From Frisingicoccus sp. (GTDB lineage: Bacteria; Bacillota; Clostridia; Lachnospirales; Lachnospiraceae): a DNA stretch of 64,000 bases. The DNA lies in contig NZ_DBGCTU010000024.1 of the NCBI RefSeq assembly GCF_048388605.1, positions 6,939-70,938 of the forward strand, written 5' to 3'. Under the pieces are notes generated by a model. The model was not told the DNA's origin, searched no databases, and was given only the letters and a program-made list of their open reading frames with translations. The position numbers were made by a program, and so were the translations under genes. Of this stretch, positions 24,356-32,691 are shown piece after piece (the stretch's first letter is position 1; the number at the start of each line of letters is the position of its first letter).

Positions 24356-26041
24356 ATGAAAACTAAAATCGTTGAATTGCTCAATGCTCAGATTGAGTGT
24401 ATGGATAGTGAGGAGATTAATAGCCTTTTAGAAATCCCTCCAAAAGTTGAAATGGGTGATTTCGCTTTTCCTTGTTTTAAACTTGCAAAGGTATTTCGAA
24501 AAGCGCCGCCAATGATCGCAGCGGACTTGAAAGATAAAATCGGATGTCCTGATTTTTTGAGTAAAGTAGAATGTCTTGGTGGATATTTAAACTTTTTTGT
24601 GGATAAATCCATGTATGCAAAACAAATTGTGGATAATTATCTTTCGAATGAAAATTATGGCGGTTCGGATGAAGGAAAGGGAAAGACAATTTGTATTGAT
24701 TATTCCTCGCCGAATGTGGCTAAAAATTTTCATGTCGGACATCTTCGTACAACTATTATCGGTAATTCTTTAAATAAAATATTTACAAAACTGGGATATC
24801 ATGTAGAGCGAATTAATCATTTAGGCGATTGGGGCACCCAGTTTGGCAAATTAATTGTTGCTTATAAAAATTGGGGAAGCAAGGAAGCTGTTGAGGAGAA
24901 AGGCATTGAGGAATTAATGCGGATTTATGTGAAATTCCATGAAGAAGCTGAAAAGGATGATTCTTTAAATGATGAGGCCAGAGCCTGGTTCACAAAGATG
25001 GAACATGGAGATGAAGAAGCTTTAAGTATTTGGAAGTGGTTTCGGGAAATCAGCTTAAATGAATTTATGCGTGTTTATAAACTTCTTGGCATGGAATTTG
25101 ATTCTTTCGCCGGTGAAAGCTTTTATAATGATAAGATGCAGCCGGTTATTGATGAATTAAAACAAAAAGGATTGATTAAGGTCAGCGACGGTGCGCAGAT
25201 TGTTGATTTGGAAGAATATAATATGCCTCCGTGTCTGATTACAAAAAAGGATGGAAGTTCTCTTTATGCGACAAGAGATATTGCGGCAGCTATGTATCGT
25301 AAGAAAACCTATGATTTTTCAAAATGTATTTATGTTACCGGTCTGGAACAAAAACTCCATTTTGCTCAGTGGTTTAAGGTTATTGAGTTAATGGGATACG
25401 ATTGGTCAAAAAATTTAATGCATGTTCCATATGGGTTGGTTAGCTTAAAAGGCGGTAAATTATCTACGCGTAAAGGCCACGTTATTTATGCGGAGGATAT
25501 TCTTCATGAGGCTATTCAAAAAACACGCAGTATTATTGAAGAGAAGAATCCTGATATTCCAAACAAAGAGGAAGTTGCAAAGCAGGTTGGTATCGGTGCA
25601 ATTCTTTTCAATGATTTATATAACCAGAGAATTAAAGATGTTATCTTTGATTGGGAAAAACTTTTGAATTTTGATGGTGAGACAGGTCCTTATGTGCAAT
25701 ATACTTATGCAAGAGCGGCCAGTGTTTTGCGTAAGATTGGCGATGTACCGGCAGTATATGATTATTCTGTTTTATCGGATGAAGTTTCTATGGCATTACT
25801 CAAAGAAATCGCTCGTTATCCGCAAGTGGTTTCTGATGCGGCAGATAAGCTGGAACCATTCATGATTTCCAGATATGCCATTGCATTGGCACAGGCTTTT
25901 AATAAGTTTTATCATGAATGTCAAATTAATGTTGCAGATGAGAATATTAAGTATACCAGGGCAAATGTTGTGATTATTACGAAGTCTATATTAAAAGACG
26001 CGTTGAGTTTACTTGGTATTCAGTGTCCGGAGCAGATGTAG
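24356..26041 (+). CDS. argS: arginine--tRNA ligase
   Basis: 561-aa class I aaRS with the HIGH-type motif SSPNVAKNFHVGHLR, the KMSK-like GKLSTRKG, and a DALR anticodon-binding C-terminus. Confidence 0.95.
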   Translation: MKTKIVELLNAQIECMDSEEINSLLEIPPKVEMGDFAFPCFKLAKVFRKAPPMIAADLKDKIGCPDFLSKVECLGGYLNFFVDKSMYAKQIVDNYLSNENYGGSDEGKGKTICIDYSSPNVAKNFHVGHLRTTIIGNSLNKIFTKLGYHVERINHLGDWGTQFGKLIVAYKNWGSKEAVEEKGIEELMRIYVKFHEEAEKDDSLNDEARAWFTKMEHGDEEALSIWKWFREISLNEFMRVYKLLGMEFDSFAGESFYNDKMQPVIDELKQKGLIKVSDGAQIVDLEEYNMPPCLITKKDGSSLYATRDIAAAMYRKKTYDFSKCIYVTGLEQKLHFAQWFKVIELMGYDWSKNLMHVPYGLVSLKGGKLSTRKGHVIYAEDILHEAIQKTRSIIEEKNPDIPNKEEVAKQVGIGAILFNDLYNQRIKDVIFDWEKLLNFDGETGPYVQYTYARAASVLRKIGDVPAVYDYSVLSDEVSMALLKEIARYPQVVSDAADKLEPFMISRYAIALAQAFNKFYHECQINVADENIKYTRANVVIITKSILKDALSLLGIQCPEQM

Positions 26042-26060
26042 ACGATGTGTTTCATAGAAA

Positions 26061-26076
26061 TGTTTCACGTGAAACA
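26061..26076. promoter_or_regulatory. parS centromere site 1
   Basis: TGTTTCACGTGAAACA is a perfect 16-bp palindrome matching the Firmicutes parS consensus TGTTNCACGTGAAACA. Confidence 0.85.
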
Positions 26077-26101
26077 TTGATAGATAATATGAAAGAATAG
26101 T

Positions 26102-26135
26102 GAGGGATGTTTCACGTGAAACATCCCTCATTTTA
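26102..26135 (+). terminator. argS intrinsic terminator whose stem contains parS site 2 (26108-26123)
   Basis: GAGGGATGTTTCAC / GTGAAACATCCCTC forms a 14-bp perfect stem followed by ATTTT. The core is a second perfect TGTTTCACGTGAAACA. Confidence 0.8.
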
Positions 26136-26230
26136 CAGAATTTTCATATTTCTTTCTCTGGATTAACTCAGTATGAAGTGGTATACTGTATAGAGCAGTA
26201 TATTGTTTATTGTTCGTGCGAATACTTCGT

Positions 26231-26307
26231 AAGGATATCCATCGGGCATCCCGTATGTTAGATGCTGCGCATGGGTGCGCTCCGTCAGGCTTCGCGCGAT
26301 AAGGTAT
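26231..26307 (+). repeat. palindromic intergenic repeat family, copy A (partial, right hairpin module missing)
   Basis: AAGGATATCCATCGGGCATCCCGTATGTTAGATGCTGCGCATGGGTGCGCTCCGTCAGGCTTCGCGCGATAAGGTAT aligns along its length with copies at 28691-28793 (inverted) and 29801-29905. Confidence 0.8.
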
Positions 26308-26322
26308 GAGAAGGGGAATGAT

Positions 26323-27093
26323 ATGGGTCGGATAATAGCAGTCGCAAATCAAAAAGGTGGTGTAGGAAAAACAACAACATCAATTAATTTATCGGCCAGT
26401 TTGGCAGAATCAGGACAAAAGGTTTTAACAATCGATATGGATCCGCAGGGAAATACAACAAGCGGGTTGGGAATCGATAAGAACCGGGTGGAAAATACAG
26501 TTTATGAATTGATTTTAGGGGAAACATCTTTAGAAGAATGTATAAATTCATCAGTTATGGAAGGATTGGACGTTATTGCATCAAATATAAATTTATCAGG
26601 AGCTGAGGTAGAATTAATTGCCATTGAAAATAAAGAATTTTTATTAAAAGAAAAAATTGATGAAATAAGAGAAAAATATGATTATATTATTATTGATTGT
26701 CCGCCTTCATTAAATCTTTTGACAATTAATGCAATGACTACATCAGATACAGTATTAGTGCCGATCCAATGTGAATATTATGCCCTGGAAGGTTTGTCCC
26801 AATTAATACATACAATTGATTTAATTAGAGAACGATTAAATCCGAAATTAGAAATAGAAGGCGTTGTATTTACGATGTTTGATGGTCGGACAAATTTATC
26901 ATTGCAGGTTGTGGAGAATGTAAAAGAAAATTTGGACAGAAATATATATAAGACAATCATTCCAAGAAATGTTCGACTTGCAGAAGCTCCGAGTTATGGA
27001 ATGCCTATTAATATGTATGATACACGTTCATCGGGAGCGGAAGCATACCGTTTGCTTGCAGAGGAAGTTATTCAGTATCAAAAAGATAAGTAA
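26323..27093 (+). CDS. parA: ParA/Soj chromosome-partitioning ATPase
   Basis: Deviant Walker A AVANQKGGVGKTT. The start is set at the ATG at 26323 (MGRIIAV), after GAAGGGGAA. The upstream part of the track ORF lies in the repeat element. Confidence 0.93.
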   Translation: MGRIIAVANQKGGVGKTTTSINLSASLAESGQKVLTIDMDPQGNTTSGLGIDKNRVENTVYELILGETSLEECINSSVMEGLDVIASNINLSGAEVELIAIENKEFLLKEKIDEIREKYDYIIIDCPPSLNLLTINAMTTSDTVLVPIQCEYYALEGLSQLIHTIDLIRERLNPKLEIEGVVFTMFDGRTNLSLQVVENVKENLDRNIYKTIIPRNVRLAEAPSYGMPINMYDTRSSGAEAYRLLAEEVIQYQKDK

Positions 27094-27112
27094 GTGAAAG
27101 GAATAGAAAAAT

Positions 27113-28075
27113 ATGGCAGCAAGAAAAAAAGGCGGTCTTGGAAAGGGAATCGATGCCTTGATTTCGCCTACGGTTAAAAAAGAAGTTGAGAAAGAAAGAG
27201 TCGTTGAAAAGGTTATAGAAAAACCGGTTGAAAAGATTGTTGAAAAAATTATCGAGGTTGAAAAGCCTATAGAACTCCATTTAAAAATTGACGAAATCGA
27301 ACCAAATCGTTTACAGCCAAGAAAAAATTTTGATGAAGATGCATTGCAGGAATTATCGGAATCTATAAAACAGTTTGGTTTAATACAGCCGATTATTGTA
27401 AAAAAGAGAGAAAACTTTTATGAGATCATAGCCGGCGAACGCCGATGGAGAGCTGCAAGGATTGCAGGACTAAAAGAAGTACCGGTAATTGTAAAGGAAT
27501 ATGATGATCGGGAATCTATGGAGATAGCTATTGTAGAGAACCTTCAGAGAGAGGATTTGAATCCAATTGAAGAAGCCCAAGCATATCGGCGATTAATTGA
27601 AGAATTCGGTTTGAAACAAGATGAGGCTGCTCAGAGAGTATCTAAAAGCCGTACTGCAGTAACTAATGCAATGAGACTTTTAAAACTGGATGAAAGAGTT
27701 CAGCAAATGGTTATTGACGATATGATTAGCGGCGGTCATGCAAGAACTCTTTTAGCGATAGAAGATAAAGAAGAGCAGTATGCAATGGCAATGATTGTTT
27801 TTGATAATAAGATGAGTGTCCGGGAAACGGAAAAACTGGTGAGAAATTATTTAAAAAAAGAAAAAGAAAAAAGCGCATCAGACAAAAAAGAGGATTTTTC
27901 TCAGATGGAAACGATTTATCATCAATTGGAAGAGCGGATGAAATCGGTTATAGGTTCGAAAGTTGCTATTCACAGCAAAAATTATAAAAAAGGAAAAATT
28001 GAAATTGAATATTATTCAAATGATGAACTGGAAAGGATTATCGATTTAATTGAATCGATAAAACAGGTGGGATAG
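27113..28075 (+). CDS. parB: ParB/Spo0J partition protein
   Basis: Contains the ParB box LIQPIIV, the GERRWRAA arginine patch and the HTH QDEAAQRVSKSRTAVTNAMRLL. The N-terminal region is a VEK-rich low-complexity stretch. Confidence 0.93.
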   Translation: MAARKKGGLGKGIDALISPTVKKEVEKERVVEKVIEKPVEKIVEKIIEVEKPIELHLKIDEIEPNRLQPRKNFDEDALQELSESIKQFGLIQPIIVKKRENFYEIIAGERRWRAARIAGLKEVPVIVKEYDDRESMEIAIVENLQREDLNPIEEAQAYRRLIEEFGLKQDEAAQRVSKSRTAVTNAMRLLKLDERVQQMVIDDMISGGHARTLLAIEDKEEQYAMAMIVFDNKMSVRETEKLVRNYLKKEKEKSASDKKEDFSQMETIYHQLEERMKSVIGSKVAIHSKNYKKGKIEIEYYSNDELERIIDLIESIKQVG

Positions 28076-28076
28076 T

Positions 28077-28595
28077 ATGGATAGTAAAATTTTAGCAGGA
28101 TTAAGTTTTGACCCGGGTATTTTAATCATTGGTATGTTTCTTCTTATACTTTTAATGCTTATATACATATATACCCTGCATAGAAAGCAGAATCAGCTTG
28201 ATAAAAAATACAGAGCTTTTATGCGGGGCGGCCGAGGTGCAAAATCTTTGGATGAAGCATTGGAGAATAAACTGGAATCATTAAATAATATCAAGGATGT
28301 AAATGACGCATTAAATGAGAGAATAACCCGCCTTGAAAAAAGTATGGGACGTTCCTATCAAAAGATGGGTATTGTTAAATATGACGCTTTTAAGGAAATG
28401 GGTGGAAAACTCAGTTTTGCATGTGCATTGTTGAATGACAGAAATGATGGTTTTGTGCTTAATTCGATTCACAGTAAAGATGGATGTTATAATTATATTA
28501 AAGAGATCATTAAAGGTGAATCTTATCTGCCTTTGGGTGATGAGGAAGCAGAAGCGCTGGAACAGGCGAAACAATATGGTATGGGAAATGAATAG
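28077..28595 (+). CDS. DUF4446-like membrane-anchored protein, commonly found downstream of parB in Clostridia
   Basis: 172-aa ORF with an N-terminal TM helix, immediately after parB (1-nt spacer). The family name is from memory of this conserved synteny and is not verified. Confidence 0.6.
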   Translation: MDSKILAGLSFDPGILIIGMFLLILLMLIYIYTLHRKQNQLDKKYRAFMRGGRGAKSLDEALENKLESLNNIKDVNDALNERITRLEKSMGRSYQKMGIVKYDAFKEMGGKLSFACALLNDRNDGFVLNSIHSKDGCYNYIKEIIKGESYLPLGDEEAEALEQAKQYGMGNE

Positions 28596-28604
28596 ATAAA
28601 GCAG

Positions 28605-28660
28605 AAAAGAACAGATGTTCTCAGAGTGATAAATGACTTTGAAATATCTGTTCTTTTAAA
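28605..28660 (+). terminator. probable terminator after the parAB operon
   Basis: The 12-nt arms AAAAGAACAGAT (28605-28616) and ATCTGTTCTTTT (28646-28657) pair, but the loop is large (29 nt). Confidence 0.45.
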
Positions 28661-28690
28661 TTATGTCAACTAATATATTTAATAATAAAG

Positions 28691-28793
28691 CATACCCATA
28701 CGGGATGCCCGAATGGGTATACCTTATCGTGCGGAGCTTGACGAAGCACGCCTATGCGCAGCATCTGACATACGGGATGCCCGAATGGGTATG
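28691..28793 (-). repeat. palindromic intergenic repeat family, copy B (full length, inverted relative to A and C)
   Basis: Two hairpin modules (ATACCCAT-ACGGGATGCCCGA-ATGGGTAT) flank a roughly 55-bp core. The reverse complement aligns with copy C. Confidence 0.85.
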
Positions 28794-28902
28794 AATTTTT
28801 AGAAAATATTCGGTATATTAACTTGTAAAAAGGATATGGATATTATATAATATCATTTAGTTTTGTTCACAACAAAAAAGGATATAAGTATTGGAGGTCG
28901 GA

Positions 28903-29790
28903 ATGCACGATTATTTGCGGGCAATAGGCTTTAGTAATTTAAAAAAGAATAAAGATGTCCGGGATATCTTAAATCTGGTGGTGCTCCGGCCGACTTCAGA
29001 GTATGTTTCTTCGGCAGAAGATGAGGATACTGCTTTTGGTGAAAAGGTTAAAGAATTTGCAAGCCGTATGGGGATAAGTGTCCGCGGAGAGTATGATGAA
29101 AACGGACAATTTCATGTTGCCTACTATTTTCCATATTTTAAAGCAAAAAACTGTACATTAAAGGATGAGGTAACCATTGAAAAACAATCTGACAGGGATG
29201 CTTATGCAGGAATTTGTGATAATGTGAAGGTTGGAGTTTCTCTGATTTTTCAGCTGCTAAACATGTCAGATTATATTGATTATACAGAATTTCATAAAGG
29301 GTCATTCTTTTATGCGCCGATTTATTTGTCCGGTTTGTCTGTTTCGGGAAAAATCATTCTTCCTCTGATGAAAACGGAAGCAGATGTCCGGCGCAAAAGA
29401 GACGAAAGCATCAATCGGGATCAGATGATCGCCGCGGCCCGGGAGGGGGACCAGGAGGCTATAGAAAGTCTCACACTGGAAGATATTGATATGTATGCAA
29501 CAATCAGCCGCCGGGCTAAAAAGGAAGATGTTTTAACGATTGTGGAATCCTATTTTATGCCCTATGGTATTGCCTGTGATCAATATTCCATTATGGGGGA
29601 TATTTTGGGAATAGAAACTGTACAGAATTCTTTAACAGAAGAGTTTATTTATATTCTTACATTGGAATGTAATAACCTGATATTCGATGTTTGTATTAAT
29701 CAGGAAGATTTAGTGGGAGAACCACTTCCGGGGCGCCGTTTCCGGGGAACTGTTTGGATTCAGGGAACAGTTGACTTTATGGGCATGTAA
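28903..29790 (+). CDS. conserved hypothetical protein (possibly DUF3881 family)
   Basis: 295-aa ORF. The start is at the ATG at 28903 (MHDYLRAIGFSN), after GGAGG. The family assignment is from memory of the MH.YLRAIGFS N-terminus only. Confidence 0.55.
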   Translation: MHDYLRAIGFSNLKKNKDVRDILNLVVLRPTSEYVSSAEDEDTAFGEKVKEFASRMGISVRGEYDENGQFHVAYYFPYFKAKNCTLKDEVTIEKQSDRDAYAGICDNVKVGVSLIFQLLNMSDYIDYTEFHKGSFFYAPIYLSGLSVSGKIILPLMKTEADVRRKRDESINRDQMIAAAREGDQEAIESLTLEDIDMYATISRRAKKEDVLTIVESYFMPYGIACDQYSIMGDILGIETVQNSLTEEFIYILTLECNNLIFDVCINQEDLVGEPLPGRRFRGTVWIQGTVDFMGM

Positions 29791-29800
29791 GTGATATAGT

Positions 29801-29905
29801 AAGGTATACTCATTCGAGCATCCCGTATGTCAGATGCTACGCATGGGCGCGCTACGTCAGGCTCCGCGCGAAAAAGTATACCCATAGGGATGCCGAATGG
29901 GTATA
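29801..29905 (+). repeat. palindromic intergenic repeat family, copy C (full length)
   Basis: AAGGTATACTCATTCGAGCATCCCGTATGTCAGATGCTACGCATGGGCGCGCTACGTCAGGCTCCGCGCG...ATACCCATAGGGATGCCGAATGGGTAT. It ends 8 nt before the tRNA. Confidence 0.85.
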
Positions 29906-29913
29906 GTTAAAAT

Positions 29914-29987
29914 GTCGCTATAGCTCAGTTGGATAGAGCGACCGCCTCCTAAGCGGTAGGCCGGAGGTTCAAATCCTCTTAGCGACG
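29914..29987 (+). tRNA. tRNA-Arg (anticodon CCT)
   Basis: Hand-folded cloverleaf. Acceptor GTCGCTA/TAGCGAC, D stem GCTC/GAGC, anticodon stem ACCGC/GCGGT with loop CTCCTAA, T arm GGAGG-TTCAAAT-CCTCT, discriminator G. Length is 74 nt and no CCA is encoded. Confidence 0.92.
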
Positions 29988-29993
29988 CTTTAG

Positions 29994-30037
29994 AAATGCC
30001 GAAAATACTGGATTTCCAGAATTTTCGGCATTTTTTC
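29994..30037 (+). terminator. intrinsic terminator after tRNA-Arg
   Basis: AAATGCCGAAAAT / ATTTTCGGCATTT forms a 13-bp stem followed by TTTTTT. Confidence 0.75.
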
Positions 30038-30152
30038 TCATCTAAGTTTGCTAGTCAAAATAGCAGTTCTGCTAGTTTTACCAAAAGTTTTGTCATGTCA
30101 GTTATTGTTTCTGTTTGCTTTTTACGTAAATAAAAAGGAGAACCAGACGCAT

Positions 30153-30200
30153 CCGATTCCCCCAAGTACGCTCCATAGAGACGCACCGCTATTCACATTT
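30153..30200 (+). repeat. 48-bp direct repeat, left copy (putative island boundary)
   Basis: CCGATTCCCCCAAGTACGCTCCATAGAGACGCACCGCTATTCACATTT matches 55579-55626 at 46 of 48 positions. The flanking sequences are unrelated. Confidence 0.85.
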
Positions 30201-30237
30201 ATAGTATACAAGAAAGAGATAGAAAATGCAAGGATTT

Positions 30238-31149
30238 TCACGACTTAACAAATTTTTTTAATTTGGTAAGTTTAGCATTATTATCTGTATGGATAATTTG
30301 GTTGAAAATGCTTATTGGAATATTGCTGCGTAGTTTTTCTACAATATCTTCAAATCCCGATATAACTCGCTTCATTTCTGTTTTAGATATATGGAGAAGT
30401 TTCAATTGGTAAATTACCAAAACTAAATAGTCCGTGATAGTTTCAAAAGTTAATCCTTTAACGCCGGTAGCATTAGAAATAGCATTTCCTACTTGTTTAT
30501 CAATGTTTCCGGTTCGGAAACGTGTATCAAAAATTACATCGTTATGTGCAATGGCATTTCGAAGATCTTTCGTGGCATAAATCAGACGTTGAGGCATCAT
30601 GGCATTTGAATCATCGGAATGTCGTATTCCAAGTTTTTTTGAAATATCTGCTCTGCAATTTTGATTTAAACATGAAACAAAATGACCAAATTCACCTAAA
30701 CTGAGCAATTCGAAGGTTGCCCATATTGGGAGGTTGGCATCTTTACGAAGATAGTGATCTGCAATTTTATTTCCATTTCCATAAGCATCAGTTTGAACTT
30801 TATAGATACGATTACGCAAATCTAACCGTCTTTTTAATTCTCGTTTGAATTTTTCCTCTGCCTTTTGTCGGTCGTATGTATTTTCATATGTTTTGCCTTT
30901 GGTGGAAAACATTTTATAGTTATCCAACAATTGATTATAGATGTTGATAAAATTTCCAGAATTTGTTGAAGCCACTAAAATATCCAGAACATAATTTTTG
31001 ATAGCTGTTTCTATTAGCATTACGTTAGGATAAAATAAAGATTTTAATTGGGTATCAAAGTCATAGACCGCAACCAATTCTTCAAATTTCGTATAAGAGA
31101 TATGATTTGAAGGTGTGTTTATGTAACGATACCCTTTATATCCATAAAG
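30238..31149 (-). pseudogene. Abi_2 (AbiD/AbiF-like) abortive-infection gene, 5'-truncated
   Basis: The translation has Abi_2-like features. The frame stays open upstream of the track's TTG (LYGYKGYRYINTPSNHISYTKFEELVAVYDFD) with no ATG or RBS, and it runs into the oppositely oriented integrase remnant near 31150. Confidence 0.6.
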
Positions 31150-32163
31150 ACCATCCGGGAACTGCTGGAGGAATATGTCTCCATTTATGGAGTGAATACC
31201 TGGGCGCTTTCCACCTATGAGGGGCGCAGGGGGCTGATCGATAACTATATCAATCCGATTATCGGGGATATGAAGCTGGATGAAGTGACACCCCGCGTGA
31301 TAGACCGGTATTACAGGAACCTGCTCACTGTGAAATCGAAACAGCGGCCTTACCAGACGTCGCAGAACGAGTTCCTTTCACCTAGGACAGTAAAGGAAAT
31401 CCATAAGCTGCTCCGTAATGCGTTCAACCAGGCGGTGAAGTGGGAGCTGATGTCAAGAAATCCGGTAGTGAACGCTACGTTGCCGAAAAGCGAGGCGAAG
31501 CCCCGTGATATCTGGACGGCGGATATCCTGTTCCATGCTATTGAGCTTTGTGAGGACGATATCCTGAAGCTGGCGCTGAACCTTGCTTTTTCCTGTTCCC
31601 TGCGGATGGGTGAAATGCTTGCCCTTACCTGGGACTGTATCGACATAACACAGGAGAGCATAGAAGGCGGACGGGCCAGCATTTATGTCAATAAAGAGTT
31701 GCAACGGGTGCAGAGGGAATCCCTGCAGGCGCTGGATGGAAAAGGCGTTATAAAAACCTTCCCGGCGCGGCTGGCATCTCGGCATACGTCGCTGGTGCTG
31801 AAGAAGCCGAAAACAAAGACCAGTGTGCGGCGTGTGTTCCTGCCAAAGACGATAGCGGAGATGCTCCAGGAAAGATACAAAGAGATTGCGGAGATGAAAG
31901 AGCTGTTTGGGGATGAATATAGCGATTACGACCTTGTGTTCTGTTCCCCGATGGGGACGCCGATTGAAGGGCAGGTAATTAACCGTGCGCTGAATAAGCT
32001 GATTACAGATAATGACCTTCCGAAGGTCGTATTCCATAGCCTCCGCCACAGCAGCATTACATACAAGCTGAAACTGAACGGCGGCGATGCTGAAAACGCT
32101 GGTGCAGGCGATATGATATCGAGAGAAAGAGCAGGGCAGAGAAAAGCTTTGCTTTTTCTTTAA
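31111..32163 (+). pseudogene. tyrosine recombinase/phage-type integrase, truncated at both ends
   Basis: The core-binding and catalytic regions are present (TIRELLEEYVSIYGVNTWALSTYEG, the box I Arg in LRMGEMLALTW, and HSLRHS). There is no proper start. After LKLNGGD the sequence turns into unrelated residues and stops before the catalytic Tyr. Confidence 0.7.
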
Positions 32164-32255
32164 TAAAAATTTTTAAAATAATAAAGATAGGAAAGTAAGA
32201 CAATAATAAAACATATGATGAAAGGGAAAAATTTAGTTATGAGAACAGAAAGGAA

Positions 32256-32284
32256 TTGCAACTTGACGCAATCAATGTTACAAT
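32256..32284 (+). promoter_or_regulatory. promoter of the small-ORF/HD operon
   Basis: TTGCAA (32256-32261), a 17-nt spacer, then the extended -10 TGTTACAAT (32276-32284). Confidence 0.5.
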
Positions 32285-32329
32285 ATTTAGAACTAATCAC
32301 AATCTAAGAAAAACGGAGGGGTATGTAAA

Positions 32330-32689
32330 ATGTGTTTTTATATTGGAATAGAAGATTTGGCAGCCAATGCGCTCATTGAAGCGATGAAAAAGGGAAAAAA
32401 GCGTTTTCTAACATATAATGAAATAGAAAGTTATGGAGCTGAGGTTGTTCAGATTTTACATGAGAATGGTGAAAAAGCGGTCTTGGTTCTTTCGCGTGAC
32501 AATACAGATGCACTTTTTAGAAATTATTCTGAATTTTTTGAGGAAAGTGAAGAAGATGGGAAAAAAGGTATCTTATTACGTTCCGGAAAGGAAATTGAAG
32601 ATTTGGTTCATCAGTTTAGAGGTTATTTAGCATTAGATGTCTTGTTGGCATTTATGAACCAGAGGTCTATTCAGGCGTTGGGAGTATAG
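32330..32689 (+). CDS. hypothetical acidic 119-aa protein, coupled to the HD gene
   Basis: GGAGGGG RBS 8 nt upstream. The stop lies 2 nt before the HD gene ATG. I recognise no motif in it. Confidence 0.6.
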   Translation: MCFYIGIEDLAANALIEAMKKGKKRFLTYNEIESYGAEVVQILHENGEKAVLVLSRDNTDALFRNYSEFFEESEEDGKKGILLRSGKEIEDLVHQFRGYLALDVLLAFMNQRSIQALGV

Positions 32690-32691
32690 GT

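Noticed and set aside
26128-26352. 74-aa minus-strand ORF, and the 5' extension of parA (26275-26322).
   Set aside because: Both are read through repeat copy A. parA has a clear RBS and ATG at 26323, giving the canonical MGRIIAVANQKGGVGKTT N-terminus.
30048-30248. 66-aa plus-strand ORF between the tRNA and the Abi gene.
   Set aside because: It has no RBS, spans the 48-bp direct repeat, and the same 48-mer is non-coding at the other end of the island.
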